44,960 nt of DNA from Chiloscyllium plagiosum (lineage: Eukaryota). This document shows, piece after piece, positions 35,230-44,960 of the stretch (its first letter is position 1; the number at the start of each line of letters is the position of its first letter). Under the pieces are notes generated by a model. The model was not told where the DNA came from, did not search any database, and saw only the letters and a list, made by a program, of their open reading frames with translations. Both the position numbers and the translations under genes were made by a program. The stretch covers positions 7,926,945 through 7,971,904 of the forward strand of contig NC_057756.1 in assembly GCF_004010195.1 (NCBI RefSeq), given 5' to 3'.

Positions 35230-36960
35230 AGGAAGATTAGTGTGGAGCATGCTCAATACTCCAGGACACAAGAAAGACGTGGTGTTAGTTCTCTTGAAGA
35301 ACATTACCATGGATATGTCCCCAGGGCCCAACGATACCTTCCCTCAAGTTATTGTGAAAGCTAAGAGAGGAGACTGCTGGGGTCTTGACCAAGATCTTTG
35401 CATCCTCACTAGTCACTGGAGAGGTCAGAGGGCTGACGAGTAGCTAATATTGTTCCTCTGTTCAAGAATCCCTTCTTGGGGGATAATCTAGGAAACTATA
35501 GACTGGTGAGTTTCATATCTGTGGTTGAGAAACTATTGGAGAGATTTCTTAAGAATGGGATTTACGCGCATTTGGAAAAACATGGCCTAATTAGGGACAG
35601 TCAGCATGGCTTTGTGCCGAGCAGGTCTTGCCTTACTCACTTGACTGAATTTTTCAAGGGGGTGATGAAGTTGATCAAAGAGGGTGGAGGAGTGGATGTT
35701 GTCTACATTGCTTTCAGCAGGGCCCCTCATGGTAGGCTCACCTAGAAGATTAAGATTCATGGGATACATGGTATCTTGGCTGCTTGGACTGAGAATTAGC
35801 TTGGCCATAGAAGGCAGAGGATAGTGGTGGAAGGGTGTTTTTCTGGCTGGAAGTCAGCAAGGATCGGTACAAGATCCTTTGCTGTTTGTAATTTATATAA
35901 AATGACTTGGATAAAAATATTGAATGTGGAGGGGCGGTTACTAAGTTTTCAGAAGGCACAAAGTTCAGTGGAGTTGTGGACAGCGTAGAAGGTTGTCAAA
36001 GGATACAGCAGGATACAGATCAATTGCAGATATGGATGGAGAAATAGAAGATGGCGTTTAATCTGAGTAAGTGTAAGGTACTGCATTTTCAGAGATTAAA
36101 TGTTAAGGAAAAGCATACAGTTAATGGCAGGACTCTGAACAGCAGTAAGGGAGAGAGGGATCTTGAGGTTCAAGTCCTTAACTCCCTGAAAGTGGCCACG
36201 CAAATGGATAGGGTGGTGAAGAAGGCATATGGCATGCTTGCCTTTATTTGTTGGGGAGAAAGTGAGGTCTGCAGATGCTGGAGATCAAAGTTGAAACTTT
36301 ATTGCTGGAACAGCACAGCAGGTCAGGCAGCATCCAGGGAACAGGAGATTCGACGTTTCGGGCACAGGCCCTTGGGAATTGAGTACATGATGCAGCTTTG
36401 TAAGACTTTGTTTCGGCCACACATGGAGTATTGTGTTCAATTCTAATCGCCAGATCACAAGAAGGATACAGAGGCTTTGGAGAGTATGCTCAAGAGGTTT
36501 ATCAGGATGCAGCCTAGATGCGAGGGTGTGAGCTATTAGGAGAGGCCAGAAAAATTCAGTTTGCTTTTTCTGGAGCAGCGGAGGCTGAGGGGAGTCTTGA
36601 CAGAATTCTATGAATTTATAAGATGCATAGATCGGATTGATGGTAAGAATGCTTTTTCCCAGAGTTGAAATATCTAATACCAGGGAGCATGAATTTAACG
36701 GTGAGGTGGGCAAAGTTCAAAAGAGATGTGAGAGGCAAGTGTTTTACACATTGAGTGATAAGAATCTGGAATGCGTTGCCAGGTATGGTGGTGGAGCAGA
36801 TGCAATCGGGGTGTTTAAGGGACTTTTAGATAGCACATAAATATACAAGAAATGAAGGGATATGGACCAAGGACAGACAGAAGGGGCTAGTGCAATTTGA
36901 TGTCATGTTCAGTACAACATTGTGGGATGAAGAGCCTGTTCTTGTGCTTCCTGTTCGATA
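35230..36960 (+). mobile_element. CR1/HER1 LINE ORF2 remnant
   Basis: GNYRLVSFISVV.KLLE...SQHGF...RSCLT.L.EFF; KCKVLHF; VVKKAYGMLAFI; RPHMEYCVQF. Confidence 0.92.
36256..36371 (-). mobile_element. Young Penelope-type terminal fragment inserted in CR1
   Basis: By eye identical to most of 25987-26102; flanked by TTGGG (36251-36255, 36372-36376); truncated inside the hammerhead. Confidence 0.85.
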
Positions 36961-37056
36961 CAAAAAGAGAAATTGCTGGAAAAGCTCAGCAGATCTGGCA
37001 GCACCTGTGCAGAGAAATCAGTTAACTTTCGGTCCTGGTGACCTTTCCTCAGAACG
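36961..37056 (-). mobile_element. Penelope-type end, third family, degenerate hammerhead
   Basis: Minus GTTCTGAGGAAAGGTCACCAGGACCGAAAGTTAAC followed by GCTGCCAGATCTGCTGAGCTTTTCCAGC. Confidence 0.6.
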
Positions 37057-37270
37057 GTTCTATGTTCTATATTTTGTAAATTGAGTGTGTCATATAAATA
37101 CAATGTTGGAACACATTTTGCTAATTACAAGCGTGATCTGCAAGTTTATCGTGCCTTCTAATAATTTGTTCTAATCCACCTCAGCACTGACCATCCCTCA
37201 ATCCAATCTCATCTGTAAATTTGGAGTCTACAAGTCACTTGATACTAAATACGAATGTTTCTCTCCCCAA

Positions 37271-37639
37271 CTGGACTGTCACAAGAGTGGAAACACGATT
37301 GTCCTCAAGAGGTGACAGTGCAGGAAGGTTCCTGTGCACAGATTCCTTGCCATTACAATTATCCATCATGTCTGGAAAATGAACCACGCAATGGAGTCTG
37401 GTTTAACAGTGAGAACCAGAAGCCCTGGGATCCCATAGCCTTTCACTCCAAGGATCACAAACACGAGTTGCCACGGTTACGCAATCGGACCCGGCTGGCT
37501 GGAAACCTCAAAGATGGAGACTGTTCCCTGATTATAACCAACGTCAAACGAGAAGATGCAGGACCTTATTTTTTCAGAGTAGAATTTGAAAATGGCCCCA
37601 GTTTTAACTATTATCCTGTAACCCAGCTTCATGTTTCCA
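37271..37639 (+). CDS. Siglec-like gene, second V-set exon V2 (open frame, non-canonical AA acceptor)
   Basis: GLSQEWKHDCPQEVTVQEGSCAQIPC..GVWF..LAGNLKDGDCSLII..EDAGPYFFRVE; donor TCCA|GTAAGT; homologous acceptor reads CTCTCCCCAA|CT. Confidence 0.75.
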
Positions 37640-38418
37640 GTAAGTGCTGTGTTATAATTGCTCAATAGTTCACATCCAACGCTCAACGGGAAACAACATA
37701 AATTGTGACATGTGATAGTAACACAAAACACAGTGTGTGATAACGCCATGTCTGATTTTCAGTAACCGGGAGGTAGCTTCCAGTTCAGTCCTGGATAAAC
37801 CTCTGATACTGACTTGAAGATTAATGATTCAATGTATTGACTCAGTCCATCAATGCAATAAGGTGATCCACTCTTACTTATCTCTCAAATCCTGTTTAAA
37901 GGTCTTAAAAAGACAAAATAGACTCACATTTCTGTCACGCCTTTCACCATCTCAGGGTATTCCAAAGAGTTTCATAGACAATAAATTAATTCTTTAATTG
38001 GAGTTGCTGCTGCCATGAAGAATTCACAGCAGCCAAATATTGCACAGCAAGCTCCAAAACCAGAATTTTGACAAAAATCTGATTGCATGTTCCATTTTTC
38101 TGGCTGAGATTGTTACAAATAGGTGCTGCCCTGCTGCACACAGGATTTAATTGGAATATGACAGATTTTGAAGAATGGGAGGAGCCTGTTGTCCATGGGC
38201 TCTGAGCTGCTCCCCCACCTCACCCAGTACTGTTCAATCATGGGTGTCAGAGTGAAAATGTGTTTAACCGAGTGAGATACACTTCAAGTCAGAAATAAAG
38301 GAAGTCTTTATTTGTATTAATTGTACTCAGTTCTTAGATCATGCTGGGAAAAGTGCTTTCTCGCATAGGACTGTGATTTCTTCATGTTATATTCACCTAA
38401 AAGGATCTATTGTGTTAG

Positions 38419-38700
38419 ATTTCACAGATAAACCCATGATAGTCCCTGAGGAAATTATCGCAGGAAAGCAAGTGAATCTAAGCTGCACATTCAACACAAC
38501 ATGCATTAGAACAACTCCTGTCTTAACCTGGGACACTCATGGATCAGTCTCAAACACTGTAACTCAGCATGGTGTCACTCTGACCTATACTTCTGTTCTG
38601 AGCCTGATCCCATCACCCAGATACCAGGGACAAACTCTCACCTGCAGAGTGAGTTATCCAACTGTTTCTTCAGAGGAGACCCTCACACTGACAGTACAAT
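38419..38700 (+). CDS. Siglec-like gene, Ig domain-2 exon (C2/C1-type)
   Basis: TGTGTTAG|AT (alternative in-phase acceptor at 38428) ... CAAT|GTAAGT; DFTDKP..GKQVNLSCTFNTTC..PVLTW..TSVLSLIPS...GQTLTCRV; second Cys fits the Siglec interdomain disulfide. Confidence 0.93.
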
Positions 38701-39969
38701 GTAAGTATGGACTTCATTCATTCTACAATGGAACAACAAGCTAAATAGGCAAAGCAAGGTCCCACAAGCAGCATTCTAGTTTTTTACAAATAAAAACTGA
38801 CCATAGAGAACTGTAATAATTGCTGAAAAGAGGCATCTATTTGAAGTCTTGCCTCTTGCACTCATTAGGACCGAAACACAAGAAAATACTCTATCAAGGA
38901 AAAAACAATTCACAAAGCGAGTGAAAGGGCTGCTGAGTGGAGGATGGTGGTTTACACAGACTATGTCCTGGCAGCCGGAACCGTTAAATGTCTCATTTAA
39001 CAGATAACATTGAGAACTGGTTAAAATGACTCTGATTGCTCAGCGCGTTCCCATGGGATTCAGCAAAGATTGTCTATTTCCACAAATCTTTCTAATTGAA
39101 AATGTTGTGCCCATTTGAGTTGATCATGTGACCACAGCATGTGAGAAACCTATTCCAAATTTATTTCCTATGTAGTTGTTAGCTCAGTCAAGATTATTGC
39201 TTTAATATTGTCCATCAGTGGAGCCATATTTAATGCTGTACACTAAGGCTTGGATAGCTGCTGGCCAGACAGTTATTACTGCAGCAGAGATGGACATTGC
39301 TCATAGGGAGAAGACTCCAACAGTACTGTCTTGGAAATTCAAGATTTGACTCAGTAATTTGCCTTTTCACGTAACCTTTGAACTTACCTATTTACATTGG
39401 AGAAGTCAAAGATTCTGATGGAATTAAGTAAAATAGTTATTGAGGGAAAGTTAGATTATTTACTGACCTTTTTCCTGAGGAACAATTCAACTGACTCTGT
39501 ACTTACCCACCTCCCCCATCAACAAATACACTTATCGCCAGTCCCAGTCCCTGACCAGTCACCCGCGCTCGCTCCCAGCCCCAATCCTGATCTGACATCT
39601 CTCTTTCACCTCTCACTCTTTGCCCTGCTCCCCCATTCCCTCACTCAGGACCTGACACCATATTTCACCCACACCAAACCCGCTGCTTCCTTCCTCATCT
39701 CTGAATCTGATCTTCATAGGCAGTCAGAATGGCAGTTTGGTCTCATTTCTGAAGCAGTGTTGATCAGAATCTCTTGTCACAAATACATTCTCCTTCTGTA
39801 AAGAAAGAATAGAATGGCATTCTGTATGAGATTGCCACTCTTCAGAGCATCTGGCACTCTATTCTCAGTTTTACATTAAGAACTCAGGACTGAATGGTGC
39901 CAAAGGATCAGTTAAATTTCTTAAGAAAGCATCTGGGACTATGATTGATGACTAAGATGTTATTTCCAG

Positions 39970-40135
39970 CTGTGCAGCACTCCCTCAACAATAACCCTCT
40001 GACAATATGCCATCCCCTCAGAACTGACCATCAGACAGCGCAGCAGTCCCTCAGTACTGACTTTCCGACAGGGCAGTGCTGTCTCAGTACTGACCTTCTG
40101 ACAATGTGGCACTCCTTCAGTATTGAACCTCTGTT
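39970..40135 (-). repeat. 33-bp minisatellite array
   Basis: About five units of the same 33-mer. Confidence 0.9.
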
Positions 40136-40352
40136 ACTGAACTAAAGTGTCTGTCTGCATTACATGCATGAAGTAACTGACGCTAATGTCACTTTTTTTC
40201 TTGTTCTCAGAGTCTCTCAAAGTTCCTTACACTGAAAATGTGTGAACTGATCTCTCTTTGCTTTCAGATGCACTGCAGGATCTCTCAATTACTAGATAGA
40301 TATGGGGTCTTGCTGCGCACTTTGCTCACAATATTCTCTTCCCTTGTTTTAG

Positions 40353-40634
40353 ACTCACCACGGAATCTCTCAATTACTTCTCCTGCTGTGATTAAAGCTT
40401 CATCAATCAACATAATTGAGGGGAATTCTGCAGTGATAATCTGCTCTGTTGAGAGCTTCCCAGCTTCTAACCTGACGTGGAGACATCTTAACGTCACAAT
40501 GAACAGAACAAGTTCCAACAATGAGCTGTGGTTGGAGATTTCTTCCATTACATGCATGGAGACAGGAGACTATCAGTGTGTGGCAGAGAATGAACATGGG
40601 AAAATGGAGGGATCCTTAACTATCGCTGTGGAAT
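40353..40634 (+). CDS. Siglec-like gene, Ig domain-3 exon (C2/I-set); gene continues beyond the window
   Basis: CTCTTCCCTTGTTTTAG|AC ... GAAT|GTGAGT; YSPRNLSI..EGNSAVIICSVESFPASNLTW..LWLEI..TGDYQCVAENEHG. Confidence 0.93.
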
Positions 40635-42184
40635 GTGAGTATACACAAGACTTCAAAATTGCTCACACACATATGAATACATATGTATTTCCCTGTAGAC
40701 GAAAGTGATTGGTCCTCTCTCTCTGGTGCACTGAACTATAAATATGAGCTTTAATTCAATGTGGATAGAATGGAAACTATTTGTTAAGAAAATGCTACGT
40801 GGAACTTGCAGGTACCTGCCCCCTGGGTTCTACATTTATTTGTGATGAGATTTGATTTGTGTCAGTGGAATAAGAATTTCAATGGCTGCTACTTACAATA
40901 ATGCTGAGAAGTAAAGGCAAGGTTTGTTGCAACATTTTTAATATCTCACTCAGATCAGTTCAAAGGTCTGAATCTGTGTAAGTTTGAATCAGTTCAACAG
41001 TTAATGGGGGAGAAAGTGAGACTGTGAGAAACAGGAGCTGGCTCCATGCAAGAAAAGGATCGTTAGCTGTGCTGCTGAGAAAGTTATGGAAGGATCCTGA
41101 TTCTGTCTGGTTGAAGTTTAGGGTTAATTCCAGGAGCAGTTTTAAAGCTAAATGAAGTAATGAACCAAACAAGGTTCTGGAAGCTAGTAGACGAGGCTAA
41201 ATGACACAGTTAGGACTCAGGCTTTGATGCTATATTGGGTGTTCAGAAGAGGTTTATGCTTTATTAATAATTCAGAAAGTGGGGAACTGGAACCCCATGT
41301 AAAGTTTGAATGAGATTTTACAATCCACAGGACCATTAATATTTTGAAGTGTTGCTGAGAAATCTATGGGATTTTGGAAATTTGGATGTACATTGCACAT
41401 ATATTGTCGATTGTGTTACTGTTCTAACTTTAGATTAGAGTCAAAAAGTGTGGCCATGGAAAAAGCTCAGCAGGTCAGGCAGCATTTGAGGAGCAGGAGA
41501 GTTTCGGGCAAAAATCAGGAATGTGAAGGAGGAAAGGGGCTGAGAGATAAGTAGATGGGTGAGGGAAAGGTTGGGGGAGGGGCGAAGAAGATAGGTGAGA
41601 TGTAGATAAGTGGATGTAAGTAGGAGGTGATTGTGCTAGGTTGGTGGGGAAGATGGAGTGGATGGATGGGAAGGAAGATAGATAGCTAAGTCAGGTCAAG
41701 AGGGCGGTGTCAAAAATCAAACGACACCAGGTTTATTTGAAATTGCAAGCTTTCAGAGCTCCGCTCCTTCCTCGGGCATGGTAATGATAGGGAGATGTAA
41801 GACATAATATTTATAAGCAAAAACTTAACTTTAAAACTACCTGTCCTTGTTGGGTCCTTTAATCAGTTCGGAGGTGGACTGCTGATTAAATTGCAAAATC
41901 CAGATACTTTTCAAGCCTTTGCCCCGAGATAATGAAGATTTTATACAGAGAGAGACAGAGAGAGAGAGAATTGAAGTGGCACCTCACACCTAAAGTGCAT
42001 TGTCTAACCTGAGATATCATCCCTTGTACATTGTTAAAACATTTAATTATCTAGGGACAAAGACTTGAAAGGAATCTGAATTTTGCCCTTCAATCATTAG
42101 TTTACCTCCTGTTTAAAGATTCGACAAGGAGAGCTAGTTTTAAAGATGCTCGCATTTTACTTTTAAGTATAGTGTCTCATACCT

Positions 42185-42271
42185 GGAAATGTGTTGCTGG
42201 AAAAGCGCAGCAGGTCAGGCAGCATCCAGGGAACAGGAGAATCGACGTTTCGGGCATTAGCCCTTCTTCAT
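42185..42271 (-). mobile_element. Penelope-type terminal fragment with 15-bp TSD
   Basis: TAGTGTCTCATACCT at 42170-42184 and 42272-42286; minus TGAAGAAGGGCTAATGCCCGAAACGTCGATT. Confidence 0.8.
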
Positions 42272-42697
42272 TAGTGTCTCATACCTCCCTATCATACCAC
42301 GCCTGGGGAAGGAGCGGAGCTCCAAAAGCAGATGCTGAAAGTTGTGACTTTGAATTAGATAAGTCAGCAATAATTCATAAGTGTGCCTCCTGCAAAGCAG
42401 TGGAAACATTCAGAAGAAAGGAGGGATGAGGAAGAACCTTCAGATCAGTAAGAACCAACACAATAGATCTTGAGAATAAAGACTACAGAACTGTTTTTCA
42501 TGTTATCCTTCCACCCATGTGTTTTTTTTTCATTTGGGTAATGAGGGGTTTATAAACAGATGTTAGAGTTTTAATTTATCGAGGTTACTGAATTTAATTA
42601 GATTGTTTACCTGTTCCCAGAATAGAATGACTTGTAGGGAATAGTGATTCTTGTGAAATACAAAAACCTGGTCCCTGCTTTCTATCAACCTGGGTCT

Positions 42698-43376
42698 TGT
42701 GAGAAACAAAGCTCACTCACTTCAATACTTTCAGTCCGAGACAAGATCTGAATCAATAGTGTCATTTATTTTACACTTGCAAGTGGTTGTGATGTCCACA
42801 AGGCAGGGACAAAACACACTGAATTCGATATTTATATAATTTGGTTCCTACATATTTTTTCTTATTTCATTGTTTCCCCCCCTGTTTACATCTTCCACTT
42901 CCCTAAGACCGGTACCACACTTGCAAGTGGGTGTGATGTCCACAAGGCAGGGACAAAACACACTGAATTCAACAAATACTCGATATTTATATAATTTGGT
43001 TCCTACATATTTTTTCTTATTTCACTGTTTCCCCCCCGTTTACATCCTCCACTTCCCTAAGACCGATACCCATTACTCCTGTTTATCTCTTGTCTTATCC
43101 GGCCTTGTCTGTGACAAAATGCTTATTTCTGACCTCACAAGGCCGTTTGACCTCATCCCATCCTTTGCTTACCATTATCTACTCCCTCCATCTGTGCTGC
43201 CCCTCACAGCATCTTATCACTAAGCCCTTTTAATTGGGGTTTGTTCCTGTGTTTCTGTAAAAGTGGGAAACAGATGTTTATACCTACTGTTTGTACAGGC
43301 GTATCCAGCTTAACTTCATCCCATCACAACATCTTATCTATTTGCCCGTAATATCTACCATTGTTTTGCTGTCACA
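42698..43376 (-). mobile_element. Endogenous retrovirus 3' LTR
   Basis: TGTGA...TCACA termini, TATATAAA boxes (two, from an internal duplication), AATAAA about 70 nt before the 3' end; directly follows the env stop. Confidence 0.8.
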
Positions 43377-43400
43377 TTTCATTCTGGCATACAATTTTAG

Positions 43401-44960
43401 CTAATACCCAAAATTCGCAAGCATCATTTCAGAGATTTCATCCATCTTGGTCTCACTCATCTCCTCATTATTTAGCCGATAAAGTTCCTCTGTCTGATTC
43501 CCTCTTAGGGGCGTCTGTTTCATCAAGGCTGTTTCAATCAGTCTTTGGGTGAGCCATCGTATACAGGGTATGATACAACAGCCAATGGCCACCAATACCC
43601 CGACTACTACTATCAGGGAAGTAAGGATAGAAATCACCACCCCCTTCTACCTTCCAAACTAGGATTCAAGCCATCCCGTGAGAGATGTGTCTACTCCTGA
43701 ATTCTCAGCCAGTTCCTCTGCTAAGGTAGTCAATCCCCTTAAGGCCCGAGTAATTGAACCATCAGGTGCAGTGTTAAAGGTGCAACAGCTTCCTCCTAAC
43801 ATCACACACACACCCCCTTTTTTCTGCTAAAATCATATCAAGGGCCATTCTGTTCTCCCATGCCATCCTACTCATCGCATCAAGCTGTTCTGATATTCCT
43901 TTAACCGCCTCTCTTGTATAATTTATAAATCGCTGTTGATTATAGAAAATGTAATTTATCCAATCTACATTTTTATTAATTGTTACCCACCAAAAGAGAG
44001 CTGACGCAAAGCCTGCTGCAGTCTGGTTATGAGCCTTGAATTCATCAGGTACCCCCCCCGCCCCTTGGGACTCCTACCGAATCGAGATAAATCCTGTCAT
44101 CAAAAGAAGTGTCTAACAGTGATCTCTTACCCCTTCCCTTTTTCCCTACTATCTTTTCCTTCTCAAATGCCAGGGTAAATGGAATTGCCAATTGTACAAT
44201 TGCACATATCCCTCTCCAATCCGGAGGTAGGGTGGGTCTCAATATTTTGCCTCCACAGTACCACCACAGATCCGCTCGGGGAACCTTTAATGCTGAGTAG
44301 TTCCCTCCTTTCTCCGTTTCGGTAACATTCTTAATCTCTGTACATAATTTCAGCTCCCCCAAATCTCTAGCCCGGCTTGTATCTCGTCTATGCACCCATG
44401 ACGTGTGATTTCCAACTGCGGCGGAAAATGTGGGGTGAATTTGTACATCTTTCTTCTCCAAGGGAGGGAACATCAGAGATAGGGACGTACAATTCCTATC
44501 ATTCCATGCAGTCTCATCCTGATACAGGGCTATCATACATTTCATGCCCTTCCTGTCTCGCTTCCACCCGAGTGGAAAGGAAACCACCTGGGCCACTGGC
44601 CTACTGGAGGCTCTTGTTCAGACTTTTTACAGTATACTTTACCCATTCAAACCAGGCATTTGCATCCCCGTACCCAGTCTCTATCTCGATGGTCTGTTTC
44701 AAATCCTTTACCTCTATAATTTTTACTACTGTAGGATCATTGGGAGGAGTGAAAGGTTGTATCTCATTACCCAGTAATTCTACCCATTTTTCCCTGTCCT
44801 ATGCTAATTCGAAAACAACAGCCCACAAACACCTTCCTATTTGCTTTCATTTCAATCCCAAATGTTTCATTTAATTGTACCTCATAAGTGCCACCTCCCA
44901 AAACTGCTTCGTGCCATGTGGTTTTCCTTATCGTTAAATATATGGGGTTACACATTTTAT
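43401..44960 (-). pseudogene. env: Endogenous retrovirus gamma-type env, disrupted, 5' end outside the window
   Basis: Furin site RGKR/SL; GVPRG(fs)VPDEFKA.NQ.AAGF..FWWVTINKNVDWINYIFYNQQRF; ISD-like MAWENRMALDMILAEK; CX6CC (CVMLGGSCC); TM helix; homopolymer frameshifts and two TAG stops. Confidence 0.93.

Noticed and set aside
31600-37700. RAG recombination of the tandem V exons (Ig/TCR-like segments)
   Set aside because: Both exons end in GT splice donors and encode complete G strands; no heptamer-spacer-nonamer signal was seen at their ends.
40840-42697. Possible older solo LTR hosting the ERV and Penelope insertions
   Set aside because: Impression from composition only; I could not define termini or a TSD.

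Overview
Eukaryotic, repeat-rich genomic DNA. HE1 V-SINEs and HER1/CR1 LINEs point to a shark (cartilaginous fish); that assignment is inference. Almost all ORFs in the supplied track are repeat-derived or spurious. The real content is part of a Siglec-like (CD22/MAG/sialoadhesin-type) Ig-receptor locus. (i) A plus-strand gene with open exons: leader 27743-27782, two tandem first-domain V-set exons (31669-32034 and 37271-37639, both with the sialic-acid-binding Arg, the second with an AA instead of AG acceptor), and Ig exons 38419-38700 and 40353-40634. The gene runs off the window end. (ii) A decayed minus-strand paralogue: a triplicated putative promoter+leader cassette (15.6-18.9 kb), a V-set pseudo-exon (13869-14200) and a short-tailed transmembrane pseudo-exon with a mid-helix TGA (9106-9233). 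(iii) An orphan frameshifted domain-2 exon on the plus strand (20323-20610). These exons are embedded in CR1/HER1, Tx1 and Rex1 LINE remnants, HE1 SINEs, 33-bp minisatellite arrays, Penelope-type ends carrying minimal hammerhead ribozymes, and an antisense endogenous retrovirus (env plus 3' LTR) at the right end. All coordinates were read by hand; repeat boundaries are approximate.
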